A DNA stretch of 248,000 bases, from assembly GCF_000737315.1 (NCBI RefSeq), contig NZ_JMCB01000005.1, positions 20,001-268,000 of the forward strand, given 5' to 3'. The notes beneath the pieces were generated by a model that was not told the DNA's origin, did no database searches, and saw nothing but the letters and a program-made list of their open reading frames with translations. Shown one piece after another: positions 91,787 through 102,885 of the stretch. The position numbers were made by a program, and so were the translations under genes. Source of the DNA: Hyalangium minutum. Its GTDB lineage: Bacteria > Myxococcota > Myxococcia > Myxococcales > Myxococcaceae. Every line of letters begins with the position of its first letter. The first letter of the stretch is position 1.

Positions 91787-93861
91787 GGAGCAGTCCTCCG
91801 CTCTTCCGGCCCGCCGGAGAGGCGCGCCACGGTGTCGAGGAAGCCCTGTTGATCAAACTCGCCCTTGACGATGTACGCCGAGACCCCCACCTCTTTCCCG
91901 CGTCTCCGGGCTTCCTCGGTTCCCAGGGATGACACCATGATCACGGGCAGCGCCGCCAGTGAGGGGTGGGCCCGCAGTCTTCGGGTGAACTCCAGCCCGC
92001 TCATGCCCGGCATCTCCACATCCACGATGATGAGCGCTGGAGGGCTCTTGAGCACCTGCTCCATGCCCTCCTCGCCGGAGGCCGCCAGCGCCACGGCGTA
92101 GCCCGCGGACTCGAGGATGCTCTGCTCCAGCATCCGCGTCGTCACCGAGTCGTCGATGACGAGGATGCTGCGGCGGCGCATGGTGCGAGGCGCGGCCGGG
92201 AGTGCCGAGCCCTGGCGGACGCGCTGGGCCAGCCCCACCGCGTCCAGCACGAGCACGGGCTCGCCCTGGGCATCGAAGCTGGCGCCGGCCACCAGCGGCA
92301 GCGCGGGAACGGAGGGCGGCAGCGGCTTCACCACCACGCGGCGGATGCCGTACATCCGGTCCAGGCCCACCGCCACCTGCTCCGCGCCCTGGCCGAGCAC
92401 TGCCACCGACCACGGCCGGTTGCGCGCCTCCTCGGCTCGCCCCAGCACCGTCACCAGGGGGAGGAAGGGCACGGCCTGGCCCTCGTGGACGAAGGTGGCG
92501 TGGGCGCCCGTCCAGGTAAAGGACTCTGGGGGCAGGCGCACCGAGGCCGTCAGTGCATCCAGCGGCAGCAGCAGCCGCTGGCCGCCCGCCTCGGCCTCCA
92601 GCACCTCCTGCGAGATGAGGGAGACGGGCACCTCCAGCGTGAAGCGAGTGCCCAGGCCAGGCCGGCTGGTGGCGCTGGCTACGCCCTTCAGCTCGCGCGC
92701 CGTCTCCCGCAGCACATCCAGCCCCACTCCGCGGCCGGACACGTCCGTCACTTCGGAGGCCGTGCTGAAGCCCGCGCGGAAGAGCAGCTCCAGCAGGGCC
92801 TGCTCGTCGAGCGTCTCGGCCTCTCCCTCCGTGACGAGCCCGTGCTCCACTGCCGCTTGACGCACCCGCGCGAGGTCCACGCCGCGGCCATCGTCCTCGC
92901 AGGAGAAGCGCACCCGGGCGCCGCAGCGCTCCACGCGCACGCAGAGGCGGCCCTGCACCGGCTTGCCCAGCGAGAGCCGCTCCTCGGGCTCCTCCAGCCC
93001 ATGGTCCACCGCGTTGCGCACCACGTGGAGCAGCGCCTGGCGCACCGCCGCCAGCACGTGCCCATCCAGCCTCACGTCCTCGCCCTCGAGCTCGAAGGAG
93101 ACGCGCTTGCCCAGCGAGGCCGCGGCCTCGTGCGCCGCCAGCTCCAGCGGCTGGGCGAGGGAGGAGGCGGGAACCAGCCGCAGCGCATGGCTGGCATCGC
93201 GCAGCCGCGTCAGCTCGTTCTCCGCCTTGCCCAGCCCACCATCCAGCCAGCGCCCCGCCCGGGAGAGCGCGCTGTGGAGCGCATCGGCCACCGCCAGCGT
93301 GCGGGAGAGCCACCGGGCGTGCTCGGCGGGCGAGGCGCTCGAAGCCGCGGGGGCGGTGAGCAGCTCCAGCAACCCTTGCGAGGCCCGCCGCGCCTGCCCT
93401 ACCGCCTCCACCGACTGCCGCAGCCCACCAAGCTGCACCACCGCCTCCGCCACCCCATCCAGCAGCTCGTCCAGCGCCGCCAGCTCCACGCGCACCGTCT
93501 CCCTCGCGGGCGCGGAGGGAGCGGCCTCCGGGGTGCTCGGCGCGGGAGACCCCACCGCCTCCAGCACCCCACGCATCTGCCCCACCAGCTTGAGGAACTC
93601 CCCCACACTCTCGCGCGGCAGCGGCGCGCCCTGCGCGCGGTAGGGCGCGAGCGCGTCCTCCAGCGCGTGGGCCATCTCCGCCAGCTGGGCCTGCTTCACC
93701 ACCTGCGCGGCGCCCTTGAGCGTGTGCGCCCAGCGGAACAGCTGCGGCACCACCTGCGGATCCTCGCCACCTTCCTGCAGGGAAACGAAGCCCTGGCTGA
93801 GCTGCTCCAGCAGCTCGCGGGCCTCGACCTGGAAGTGGCTGAAGACGCCGGGAGGGTTCAT
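91783..93861 (-). CDS. cheA: Hybrid CheA (Hpt-HATPase-CheW-REC)
   Basis: AHTLKG, RNAVDHG, GRGVGLD. Confidence 0.9.
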   Translation of the reverse strand: MNPPGVFSHFQVEARELLEQLSQGFVSLQEGGEDPQVVPQLFRWAHTLKGAAQVVKQAQLAEMAHALEDALAPYRAQGAPLPRESVGEFLKLVGQMRGVLEAVGSPAPSTPEAAPSAPARETVRVELAALDELLDGVAEAVVQLGGLRQSVEAVGQARRASQGLLELLTAPAASSASPAEHARWLSRTLAVADALHSALSRAGRWLDGGLGKAENELTRLRDASHALRLVPASSLAQPLELAAHEAAASLGKRVSFELEGEDVRLDGHVLAAVRQALLHVVRNAVDHGLEEPEERLSLGKPVQGRLCVRVERCGARVRFSCEDDGRGVDLARVRQAAVEHGLVTEGEAETLDEQALLELLFRAGFSTASEVTDVSGRGVGLDVLRETARELKGVASATSRPGLGTRFTLEVPVSLISQEVLEAEAGGQRLLLPLDALTASVRLPPESFTWTGAHATFVHEGQAVPFLPLVTVLGRAEEARNRPWSVAVLGQGAEQVAVGLDRMYGIRRVVVKPLPPSVPALPLVAGASFDAQGEPVLVLDAVGLAQRVRQGSALPAAPRTMRRRSILVIDDSVTTRMLEQSILESAGYAVALAASGEEGMEQVLKSPPALIIVDVEMPGMSGLEFTRRLRAHPSLAALPVIMVSSLGTEEARRRGKEVGVSAYIVKGEFDQQGFLDTVARLSGGPEERRTAP

Positions 93862-95336
93862 CTCGCGTTCGTGTGCCGGGCATCCACCAGCGTCGCGAGC
93901 TGGCGGGAGAGTTGGATGAGGTGCGTGGAGGTCTGCAACGTTTGAGAAGAACTCACCTCCGTCTGCTTGGCGGTGACGGCCACCTGCTGAATGGCGGCGC
94001 TCACCTGCTCCACCGCCGAGGTCTGCTGCTGGGTGCTCAGCTCAATCTGCCGCGCCACGTCCAGGTTGGCGCTCGTCAGCTCGGAGATGCGCCGGAAGGT
94101 GCCGGCCACTTCGGCGAACTGCCGGGCGCCGTTCTGCACCGCCTTGGAGCCATCCTCGGTGGCCATGATGGTGGTGTTGGCTGCCGCGCGGACCTCGTCG
94201 ATGAGGGTGCGCACATCCTTGGTGGAGACGCCCACCCGGTCCGCCAGCTTGCGAATCTCCTCGGCCACCACCGCGAAGCGCCGCCCGTGCTCGCCCGCGC
94301 CCGCGCTCTCGATGGTGGCGTTGATGGCGAGGATGTTCGTCTGCTCGGCCAGCTCGTTGATGATGTCCAGGATGCCGCCGATCTGCTGGGTGCGCTTGCC
94401 CAGGTCCAGCATGTGGCTGACGATGACGTCCACCTGGCGGCGCACCGACTCGATGGCCTCCTGGGCCCGGTCCACCGTCTGCACGCCCTGGCCGGTGGCG
94501 TTGGCCGTCTCGTCCGCGGCCAGGGATACCTGCTGCGCGCTGCCGGCGATCTGCCGGAACGTGGAGAGCAGCTCCTTGACGGTGGTGGAGACCTCCGTGG
94601 TGGCCGAGGCCTGCTCGCGCGCGCCCGCGGCCTGCTGCGTGGCGGCCGCCTGCAGCTCCGTGGAGGAGCTCTGCACGTGCTCCACCGCCAGGCCGATCTG
94701 CCGCCGCAGCCCGCGGGTGATGTAGACGCCCGCGCCGATGATGACGATGATCAGCGCGCCCACGCCCAGCTCCGACAGCAGGGTGAGGAAGTGGGCCTCC
94801 TCCTGGGCCACGCGGTCGCGCTCCTGGAGCAGGTTCTGCTCCACGGACACCATCTCGGCGACCCGGGAGCGCAGATCCCGGATGGTCTCCCGCGTCTTCG
94901 GGGTGAGGATGAGCGACTGGGTGGTCTCGAAGCCGTGCTCGCGGCGCGTGGCGATGACGGTGCGCATCTCCTCTATCCGGGCCTCGAGGCCGGGCCGCAG
95001 CGACGCCAGCCGGCGCATCTGCTCGGGGTCGTCCATGAGCAGCCGGCTCAGATCATCCATGGCCTTGCGCAGGTCCGCTTCGCCCTCCACGAAGGTATCC
95101 AGCGAGGACTCCTGCCCGGTGATGACGAAGCCACGCGTCCCCATCTCCGCCGCTCGCATGTTGGAAGGGATGGCTTCCAGCCGTCCGATCACCTGATAGG
95201 TGTGGGCCACGCGCTGGCTGGACTCCAGGAACCGGCGGTTGGCCATCAGCCCCACGATGGCGAGAGGGATCATGATGAGCATGACCGCGGCATACCCGGC
95301 GGCGATCTGCTGGCCGACCGTCAACTTCCGACGCAT
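93858..95336 (-). CDS. Methyl-accepting chemotaxis protein (CHASE3)
   Basis: [25 protein letters not shown]. Confidence 0.9.
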   Translation of the reverse strand: MRRKLTVGQQIAAGYAAVMLIMIPLAIVGLMANRRFLESSQRVAHTYQVIGRLEAIPSNMRAAEMGTRGFVITGQESSLDTFVEGEADLRKAMDDLSRLLMDDPEQMRRLASLRPGLEARIEEMRTVIATRREHGFETTQSLILTPKTRETIRDLRSRVAEMVSVEQNLLQERDRVAQEEAHFLTLLSELGVGALIIVIIGAGVYITRGLRRQIGLAVEHVQSSSTELQAAATQQAAGAREQASATTEVSTTVKELLSTFRQIAGSAQQVSLAADETANATGQGVQTVDRAQEAIESVRRQVDVIVSHMLDLGKRTQQIGGILDIINELAEQTNILAINATIESAGAGEHGRRFAVVAEEIRKLADRVGVSTKDVRTLIDEVRAAANTTIMATEDGSKAVQNGARQFAEVAGTFRRISELTSANLDVARQIELSTQQQTSAVEQVSAAIQQVAVTAKQTEVSSSQTLQTSTHLIQLSRQLATLVDARHTNAR

Positions 95337-95339
95337 GAA

Positions 95340-95873
95340 CTACCTCTCAATTCGCGGAGCTTGGGCTCCGTCCAGCAAGTCCTTCACCAACGAAGCCATA
95401 TCGAGCACGGGCAGTGGCGGCTCCCCGGGCCGCAGCACGGCGGAGCTCAAGTAGGGCCGGGGCGCGGCGCCCGCGTGGGGCCGCAGTTGCCCGGGAGGGA
95501 CGCGGAGCTGGCCCTCGAAGCCTCCCGCGGCCAGCCCCACGCGCTGCGAGGCATCTCCCAGCAGCAGCCAGCGCGGAGGCTCGTCCAGGGGCAGCCCGAG
95601 GCACGTCGCCAGCGAGTGCACCGCCACGAGCTGCCCGCGCAGGCCCACCACCCCCAGCAACCCGGGAGGGCTGTCCGGCAGGGCCACGACGCGGGCCAGG
95701 GCGTGGAGGCCCTTGAGTTGGTTCAGGGGCACCGCCAGCACCGTTCCGCCCACGCTCAGGCGCAGCAGGACCTCCCGGTGGGCCTCCGCGAGGACGGCGG
95801 GACGCGCGAAGGAGGCGTCGAACTCCGATTTCAGCTCAGCCAGCCGCTGCGAGAGTTCCTCGTGGCTCTTCAT
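95340..95873 (-). CDS. cheW: CheW
   Basis: LLGVVGLRGQLV. Confidence 0.82.
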   Translation of the reverse strand: MKSHEELSQRLAELKSEFDASFARPAVLAEAHREVLLRLSVGGTVLAVPLNQLKGLHALARVVALPDSPPGLLGVVGLRGQLVAVHSLATCLGLPLDEPPRWLLLGDASQRVGLAAGGFEGQLRVPPGQLRPHAGAAPRPYLSSAVLRPGEPPLPVLDMASLVKDLLDGAQAPRIER

Positions 95874-97315
95874 GGGCCCTCCGAGCACGCGAGCAGCTCT
95901 CGCTGGCAGACCTGCATCAACCCGTGGCGGCCGAACCCCCCGCCGAACAGCGCGAGGTGAACGGGCTGCTCGTGGGCGAGCAGGGTGAGCGCCAGCCGCA
96001 GCGCCACGCGGGCGGTGAGGGGCGTTCCGTCCCTCCGCGCGAGCATGCCCAGGCGCAGGTGGCCGAGGGCAAAGGTGGGCTCCAGGTGGACGGCGCGCTC
96101 ATAGCGGGCCCGCGCGCTGGGCCCGTCTCCGGCCTGCTCGCGGCACAGGCCCAGCAGGTAGTTCGCCCCGGCGCCCTGCACCCCACGCTCGACGAGCACC
96201 TCGCTCAGCCGCTCCGCCTCCTGGAAGCGGCCGGCCTGCAGGTGGAGCGCGGCGCGCAGCAACTGCATCACCGGCTGCTCCCGCTCGGACTCGGGCAGCC
96301 CCTCCAGCCAGGAGCGGGCGTCGGCATAGCGCTCCTCCTCGAAGAGGCGCCAGGCGCGGGCCGTGCCCTCTGGCGTGGCCGCGGTGTCCTTCGGCCGGGG
96401 GAGGGAGCCCCCCAGCGGCGTGGGCATGGAGAAGGGAGCGGGCGTGGCGCGAGGCGCGGGAGTGGCCACGGGCGTCAGGGTACCGGGGCGAGGGGTGGCT
96501 CGCGTAGCGCGGCCGCGCTGGAAGTAGAAGGCATCGCCCGCCTGCTGTATCTCGAAGGACTCCGAAAGTCCCCGCAGGTTCTCGGAGGGGCCCAGGAACA
96601 GGAACCCACCGGGCGTGAGCGCCTGCTCCAGCCGGGCGATGACCCGCCGGGCCGTCTCGGGCGAGAAGTAGATGAGGACGTTGCGGCAGAGGATGACGTC
96701 GAAGGAGCCCGGCATCCAGAAGGGAGAGTCCTCCAGCAGGTTGCGCTCCTCGAAGACGACGGAGTCGCGCAGGTCTGGCCGCAGGGCGAACCCGCCGTCC
96801 GGCAGCGAGAAGAACCACCGCTCGCGCAGGAACTCGGGGGTGGAGCGCAGGGCCCAGGGCGCGTAGTGGGCCCAGCGCGCGCGGGCGATGGCGCGCGGGT
96901 TGAGATCCATGCCGGTGATGAAGAGGCGCTCGGCGTCCACGCGGGGGCTCTCGCGCCCGAGGATGGCCAGCGAGTACGGCTCCTCTCCAGTGGAGCACCC
97001 GGCGGAGAGCACGCGGGCAGGGCGGCCCTCGCGCTGCACCCACGGGAGGACCCGCTCCACCAGGGCCTCGAGCTGGACTTGGTGACGGAAGAAGTACGTC
97101 TCGCCCACGGTGAGGCGCTCGGCCAGGGCGCGCAGCTCGGGATCGCTGGGCCCGGCCGTCTCCAGCTGGTCGAGGTAGTCGTCCCAGCGGCGGCGGGGGG
97201 CCAGGTCGGCCAGGAGTGTGGCCAGCTCCTGCCGCGTCTCGAGGGCGGGCACCAGTCCGAGGCGCCGCTCCACGAGCCCGGCGAGCCGGTCGATGAGCAC
97301 GTCCTGCTCGCTCAT
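95870..97315 (-). CDS. cheR: CheR with C-terminal TPRs
   Basis: ETYFFR, SAGCSTGEEPYS, CRNVLIYF. Confidence 0.9.
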   Translation of the reverse strand: MSEQDVLIDRLAGLVERRLGLVPALETRQELATLLADLAPRRRWDDYLDQLETAGPSDPELRALAERLTVGETYFFRHQVQLEALVERVLPWVQREGRPARVLSAGCSTGEEPYSLAILGRESPRVDAERLFITGMDLNPRAIARARWAHYAPWALRSTPEFLRERWFFSLPDGGFALRPDLRDSVVFEERNLLEDSPFWMPGSFDVILCRNVLIYFSPETARRVIARLEQALTPGGFLFLGPSENLRGLSESFEIQQAGDAFYFQRGRATRATPRPGTLTPVATPAPRATPAPFSMPTPLGGSLPRPKDTAATPEGTARAWRLFEEERYADARSWLEGLPESEREQPVMQLLRAALHLQAGRFQEAERLSEVLVERGVQGAGANYLLGLCREQAGDGPSARARYERAVHLEPTFALGHLRLGMLARRDGTPLTARVALRLALTLLAHEQPVHLALFGGGFGRHGLMQVCQRELLACSEGP

Positions 97316-97776
97316 GCCGCACCTCCGGAGGAGGCCAGCCGGGACCACGCATCCGCCGGCAGCAGGCGGGCCGCGCTCAGCGCTCCGAGCAACTGGCCAT
97401 CCAGCGTGCCCAGCACCTCGAGGTGGCCGGACGCGGCGCCTTGCAGCAGCGGGGGAACGGCCCCCAGCTCCGAGGCGTTGAGCTCGCGCAGTCCGAGCAC
97501 CTCATCCACCTCCAGGGCCACCTGGCGCGCGGAGACGCGGAGCAGGACGAAGCGCCGGGGCTCGGTCGAGGCCGCGCCGCCCATCAGCGCCGCGAGGCTG
97601 AGCACCGGCGTGGGCTCGCCGCGCACCACGGACACGCCGCGCACGAAGGAGGGCACTCCGGCGACAGGGGACACGGGCAGCGGGCGCAAGGTCTCGATGA
97701 CCTCGCCCATCGGCAGCGCGCACCTCCAGCCGTGCGCACGGACCATGAGAAAACGTCCCGCGACTTCACCCGGCAT
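97312..97776 (-). CDS. cheW: CheW
   Basis: GVSVVRGEPTPV. Confidence 0.82.
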   Translation of the reverse strand: MPGEVAGRFLMVRAHGWRCALPMGEVIETLRPLPVSPVAGVPSFVRGVSVVRGEPTPVLSLAALMGGAASTEPRRFVLLRVSARQVALEVDEVLGLRELNASELGAVPPLLQGAASGHLEVLGTLDGQLLGALSAARLLPADAWSRLASSGGAA

Positions 97777-97942
97777 TCCGCCCCCTCTGGCGCAACAGGG
97801 GCGTTATGACGGACGGTGAATTTCTCCGCCGTGTCATTTTCAGGACGGTGCCATGACCGTCCGAAAGCAGACAGGTAGGGATGACGGAATTATCCAGAGA
97901 ACCCGAATTTCGAGGTCAAAACGGCCTCTCCATTCTCGGCGC

Positions 97943-98431
97943 TCAAGAAGATTGAAAGCGGAACGGGTGGCGGACGTGGGTGGGATAGGAGGAGTCGGAC
98001 GCGCGGAAGATCCAGCTCTTCACCTCTTGGAGCACGCAGCTCGCGAGTTCACTGTTACCGGTGGTGTTGGAGGTCACGGTGGCGCCGAAGACGTTGCCGC
98101 CTGGGGAGATGTCCCACTCCACGATGACTTCGCCTTGAACTGCGGGGGACCAGGCGCGAGCGCGGGCGTAGCAGCTCTCGATCTGCGGCGAGTGGCTGCG
98201 GATGACCGCGAGGTACGGCTCTTCTTGGAAGGGGGGAGGCTGGCTCGGCAACTGAGGCGGGGGTGCATCGTCGTGGGGCTGGGAGGGCGCGGGCGTGTCG
98301 GGGGTGGGCTGCTGCGGAGGCGGAGGCCGAGGCTTCTCGGTGCGGGGAGGAAACTTCGCCTTGGCCCTGCCCGTGTTCGGAACCTGGTTCAGGGAGAGGG
98401 CCAGCAGTGCCATCGCCGCGACGTGGATCAT
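97943..98431 (-). CDS. AgmX/PglI (TonB C-terminal-like) domain protein
   Basis: IESCY...GEV...CV...W.F. Confidence 0.7.
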   Translation of the reverse strand: MIHVAAMALLALSLNQVPNTGRAKAKFPPRTEKPRPPPPQQPTPDTPAPSQPHDDAPPPQLPSQPPPFQEEPYLAVIRSHSPQIESCYARARAWSPAVQGEVIVEWDISPGGNVFGATVTSNTTGNSELASCVLQEVKSWIFRASDSSYPTHVRHPFRFQSS

Positions 98432-98508
98432 GCGGGCATGTCTAGCATAGGCAATCCGGCTTCATTCATGATGCGGCCGGGGCTGGAGCCTCTTCCAAGG
98501 ATCGAACA

Positions 98509-99312
98509 ATGCCGGACCGGATGCCCGTGGTGTTCCTGCCGCACGGCGGCGGCCCCTGGCCCTTCGTGGACCTGGGCTTTGATGACAAGCCGGGCTTCGA
98601 CGCGCTGTCGGGCTACCTGCGCTCGGTGCGCGCTGTGCCCAAGACAGGGCCCAAGGCCCTGCTGGTCATCTCGGCGCACTGGGAGGAGCCACTGCCCACG
98701 GTGATGACCGCCGAGCGCCCGCCCATGCTCTACGACTACTACGGCTTCCCGCCCGAGTCGTACGCGCTCACGTGGCCCGCGCCGGGCCATCCGAAGCTCG
98801 CCGAGCGCGTGCGGCAGCTTCTCGGGGCGGCGGGGTTCCAGACGGCGGCGGACCCTCAGCGTGGCTACGATCACGGCACCTTCGTGCCGCTCAAGCTGAC
98901 GTATCCCGAGGCGGACGTGCCCGTGGTGCAGCTGTCGCTCAAGCAGGGACTGGATCCCCAGGAGCACCTGGCGATGGGGCGTGCGCTGGCGCCGCTGCGC
99001 GACGAGGGCGTGTTCATCATCGGCAGCGGGATGACGTTCCACAACCTGCGGGCGTTCATGGATCCGCGCTCGCGCGGCATTGCCGAGCAGTTCGACGCGT
99101 GGCTGCGGGAGTCGGCCACGCTGGAGCCGAAGGAGCGCGATGGCCGGCTGATCCACTGGGAGGAAGCTCCGGTGGCGCGGCTGGCGCACCCGCGAGAGGA
99201 GCACCTGCTGCCGCTGATGGTCATCGCTGGAGCGGCGGGCTCGGACCGGGGAACCACGGCGTACAACGCCACGTTTATGGGCCTGCGCCTGTCCGCCTAT
99301 CACTTCGGGTAG
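98509..99312 (+). CDS. DODA-type (LigB) extradiol dioxygenase
   Basis: HGGGP, SAHWE, DHG, AHPREEHLLPL. Confidence 0.88.
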   Translation: MPDRMPVVFLPHGGGPWPFVDLGFDDKPGFDALSGYLRSVRAVPKTGPKALLVISAHWEEPLPTVMTAERPPMLYDYYGFPPESYALTWPAPGHPKLAERVRQLLGAAGFQTAADPQRGYDHGTFVPLKLTYPEADVPVVQLSLKQGLDPQEHLAMGRALAPLRDEGVFIIGSGMTFHNLRAFMDPRSRGIAEQFDAWLRESATLEPKERDGRLIHWEEAPVARLAHPREEHLLPLMVIAGAAGSDRGTTAYNATFMGLRLSAYHFG

Positions 99313-99359
99313 GCGAGGGCGGACTGGGTCTCAGGGCTGCTCGATTCATCCCAGGCGCC

Positions 99360-100463
99360 TCACACCCCCAAGGACTCGCGCCGATAGGCAGCGGGCGTGG
99401 TGCCGGTCCAGCGACGGAAGGCACGGTAGAAATTGCTGACCTCCGAGAACCCCAGCAGGAAGGCGACCTCGAGCAGCTTGAGGTCCTTGTTGAGGACGTG
99501 CCGCAACGCCAGCTCTCGTCGCGCTTGGTCGAGCACCTCCTGGTAGGTGAGTCCGCGCTCGTGGAGCCGGCGTGACAGCGTGCGTGCGCTCATGCCCATC
99601 TGGCGCGCGAGCGTCGCCGCGTCAGGCACGGTGCCGCGCAGGGCCTTCCGGATGCGCTCGCCTAGCTCGTCTACCAGGTCCAGGGCTCGCGGCAGTCCCT
99701 CGATCCGGGTCTGCGCGAACCGGTCCAGGACCGCGGCAAGGTTGGGATCCGTCCCCTGGATGGGCAGCTCGAGCACGGCCCGATCGAGCTCGAGGCACGT
99801 GTAGGGCTGACTGAACCGCACGCTCGCGCCGAACACCCGTGTGTGCTCGAGGTCGTCCGACGGGCGAGGATAGGGGAGGGCGACGCCGCGCGGCGAGAAG
99901 GCCACCCCCGTCAACTGCTGGCCGATTCTCAAGAGCTTCGCCAGGATGAAATCGACCGCGTGGGGCGGGACCTCGAGCGGGGGCCGGTGGGAGATGCGAG
100001 CCATGTCGCCCTCGACCTCGAGGTGATAGCGGGCCCCGTCGTGCAGCAGGCGCTGCCAGCGGGTCAGCTTCTGGTAACACGTGGCGAGGTCGGGACTGTT
100101 GCGCATGCAGTACTCGACCAGATCGAAGGCCCCGAGCGGAACTGCTTGCGCCAGGCGGAGCCCCAGCGCGGCATCATTGAGCCGGCGCGGCACCTGCTCC
100201 CACAAGTCGACGAGGAGGGCGTGAGGCACCCGCGAATCGAGCGCCTCGAGGAGCGAGGGGTTGACGCCATGGTGCTCCAGCAGATCGTCAACGCGCACGC
100301 CCCGCGCCGCCGCCGCCTGGGTGAGCATCCTCACGAAGACCACGGATGCCGTGAAGCGAGCTCGGCGGGGCTCGCGTGGAGAGAGGGCGCTTCGAGACGA
100401 GTCCGAGGAAGACGCGGCCATGGAGAACGAGCTCAGAGCAGGCTCAGCGAGGTGGCGAAGCAT
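99360..100463 (-). CDS. AraC family regulator
   Basis: RTLSRRL, LGFSEVSNFYRAF. Confidence 0.88.
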   Translation of the reverse strand: MLRHLAEPALSSFSMAASSSDSSRSALSPREPRRARFTASVVFVRMLTQAAAARGVRVDDLLEHHGVNPSLLEALDSRVPHALLVDLWEQVPRRLNDAALGLRLAQAVPLGAFDLVEYCMRNSPDLATCYQKLTRWQRLLHDGARYHLEVEGDMARISHRPPLEVPPHAVDFILAKLLRIGQQLTGVAFSPRGVALPYPRPSDDLEHTRVFGASVRFSQPYTCLELDRAVLELPIQGTDPNLAAVLDRFAQTRIEGLPRALDLVDELGERIRKALRGTVPDAATLARQMGMSARTLSRRLHERGLTYQEVLDQARRELALRHVLNKDLKLLEVAFLLGFSEVSNFYRAFRRWTGTTPAAYRRESLGV

Positions 100464-100576
100464 GCCAGTCTTTTGGCGGCTTGGGCCAATGTGAGCGCGG
100501 CCTCGCCCTGGCAGATTGCCTCGCGCAACGCGGAGACATCACCACACCTGAGCAGCTCTCTCCAGGAGGACACACC

Positions 100577-101731
100577 ATGCGTCTTGGAATGCATTCGAAT
100601 CGGAGGCCCGGCAGGTTCACCCATGCGCTGGCGGGACTGTGCCTGCTGTTGGCTGCGGCTTGCGGCGCCGCGCTGCCTGGGGAGGAGGCGGTGGACTTGA
100701 GCACCTACGCCGCCCCCCTGGGCAGCTGCTCACCCGACGTGACGCCTCCCTCCGTGAGGTGCCAGCCCGAGGGAGGCATCCGGGAGTGCATCGCCTATGG
100801 CTACATCGTCCAAGATTTCGACCTCGTCACCGCGAGCGACAACTGCGGGATTACCTTCTCGAGCCACAGTCTTGGCAACCTCGGCGGAGTCGGCTCCACG
100901 AGCACCTCCGTCAGTTACTGGGACGCGGCGGGCAACGCCGCCGGCTGCTCGTCGCAGTGGTCCATCGTCGACAGCAGTCCGCCCACTGTGACCCTGAACG
101001 GCCAGGTGCAGATCGTCCTGGCCTATGGTGCTTCGTACGTGGAGGCGGGCGCCTACAGCAGTGACATCTGTGATGGGTCCTTGGACTGGCGCATGAATCG
101101 CTCGGGCGGGTTCAGCACCTCCGTACCGGGCATCTATCCCATCACCTACAGCGTGGCGGACTCGGTCGGACACGTCACCCAGCGCACCCGCCTGGTGACC
101201 GTGCTTCCCCAAACAGACTGTACGGCCCAGCTCGCCGCGCCGGTGCTCATGCTCCAGGGCCGTCATGAGGAGACGCTGGAGTGCGGCCGCAACACTTGGA
101301 GTGAGCCCGGGGCCCTGGCCGCGGATGCGTGCGGCGCGGTGACGGTGCACACCTACAACTCGGGCCAGGATCCGTACGGCCCTGGTCCCAACTCAAAGGC
101401 TGAGGGGCGCTACACAGTGCAGTACCTCGCGTGGAACGGGCAGGGGACGACGTCTGCCGAGCGCAAGGTCATGGTGCAGGACACCCTCCCGCCGATACTC
101501 CGTCTCAAGGGCCCCATGCGCATGACGCACACGTGCGGCAGCGCATGGGTGGACCCGGGTGTCCTGGCCACGGACTCCTGCTATGGGGATGTCTCCTCCT
101601 CCGTGCAGACCACCGGTTCGGTGAACGGATGGGCGGAGGGCACGTACACGGTGACCTACCAGGCGAGAGACCCCGGCGGCCACCTCTCCAACATCCAGAA
101701 TCGCGTGGTGGAGGTCGTCGACTGCCCTTAG
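100577..101731 (+). CDS. Ig-like (DUF5011) repeat lipoprotein
   Basis: Repeated PTVTLNG / PG..A.D.C.G units. Confidence 0.72.
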   Translation: MRLGMHSNRRPGRFTHALAGLCLLLAAACGAALPGEEAVDLSTYAAPLGSCSPDVTPPSVRCQPEGGIRECIAYGYIVQDFDLVTASDNCGITFSSHSLGNLGGVGSTSTSVSYWDAAGNAAGCSSQWSIVDSSPPTVTLNGQVQIVLAYGASYVEAGAYSSDICDGSLDWRMNRSGGFSTSVPGIYPITYSVADSVGHVTQRTRLVTVLPQTDCTAQLAAPVLMLQGRHEETLECGRNTWSEPGALAADACGAVTVHTYNSGQDPYGPGPNSKAEGRYTVQYLAWNGQGTTSAERKVMVQDTLPPILRLKGPMRMTHTCGSAWVDPGVLATDSCYGDVSSSVQTTGSVNGWAEGTYTVTYQARDPGGHLSNIQNRVVEVVDCP

Positions 101732-102642
101732 AAGGCCCGATTCACCGCGTAGCCGCAGATCTTGTGTTCGGCTGTGTAGGTATTCGGGCCGGGATTCCCA
101801 TCGATGGGGCCCGTGTAGCCGAAGCTCCGGCCGACGGTCTGGACGCGAGTCCAGTAGATGTATCCGGGGATCCCATCTTCCTGCGCGGAGGTGCGAGGCC
101901 CCCCGCGGTTGTTCAGCTCGCGTGCGGTGATCCTCACGCGAACCTTCTCCGTGTTGGGCCCGGTGATTCCATCAATGGGCCCGGTGTAGCCAAAGTCGCG
102001 TTGGCCGACGGTCTGAATGCGCTTGTAATAGATGGGGCCAGGGATGCCGTCTTGCTCGGTCGTCGTTTGGGGCAGACTGCTTCCCCCTCCTCCCGGAGGG
102101 GCTCCGCCGCCGGCAATCCGGCCGCCCGCGTAGTCCATGGACCAGCCGAGGTACCGCGCCCCCGTCCTGCTCGAGTAGCCGGAGACGCTGTTGACGCCGA
102201 TGGCGTCTCCCCAGGACTCGGCAAGGTTCCGGGTGGCCATGAAGACAGTCGTGCCACCGCCATTGAGGTCGGCACCGACGTGACCGTAAGCACCGATGTC
102301 CCACCAGTGGAACGCCCCGGTGAGAGCGGTCGCGGGGTTCGTCGAGACGATCGTCGACGCGTGATAGGCCAGGATGGCGCTGTCACGGGCCGAGGAGGCG
102401 GGGAGCTGACCAAAGCGCCACATCAGCGAGCCGCACCACTGGTCCCACGAAGCGCCGTCTCGCTTGGGGTTGGCGGCAGCGTAGGCCCGTGCTCTGTCGT
102501 AGATGGGCGAGTTCAACTCGGCCGTGACGGTGCTCAGCTCGGCCGCGTCGGCAGCCACGTCCTCAGGGGGTTCGCCGCACGAGGCAAGCACGACGCTTGC
102601 TGACAAGAGTGCGGTGGTCCAAATCATTCGTTTCGAGTGCAT
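101728..102642 (-). CDS. Lipoprotein with Cys-His peptidase-like domain and two C-terminal repeats
   Basis: QWCG...GHVG; repeated DGIPG.IY..R.QTVG...GYTGPIDG..GPNT. Confidence 0.55.
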   Translation of the reverse strand: MHSKRMIWTTALLSASVVLASCGEPPEDVAADAAELSTVTAELNSPIYDRARAYAAANPKRDGASWDQWCGSLMWRFGQLPASSARDSAILAYHASTIVSTNPATALTGAFHWWDIGAYGHVGADLNGGGTTVFMATRNLAESWGDAIGVNSVSGYSSRTGARYLGWSMDYAGGRIAGGGAPPGGGGSSLPQTTTEQDGIPGPIYYKRIQTVGQRDFGYTGPIDGITGPNTEKVRVRITARELNNRGGPRTSAQEDGIPGYIYWTRVQTVGRSFGYTGPIDGNPGPNTYTAEHKICGYAVNRAF

Positions 102643-102885
102643 CAGCGATCTCCAGGTGTGCCGGGCAAGGGGTGGACGTGTGCTCTTCAAGGCGCCGAAC
102701 CTCGGGGCCACCGTGGGTTGTCGGCGGGAGGAGGCCATAAGTTTCCAGTCGCGGGCGAGGGCCCGGCGGCGCAGGAGGCGCGAACGGCCAGATCCCAGCG
102801 TACAGGGGCGCACTCATGTCGATTGTCGAATCGAGTTTCCGGGCTCGTGGCCGGCGCTTAATCCTCGTGCCGGAGGAATCCAAGC

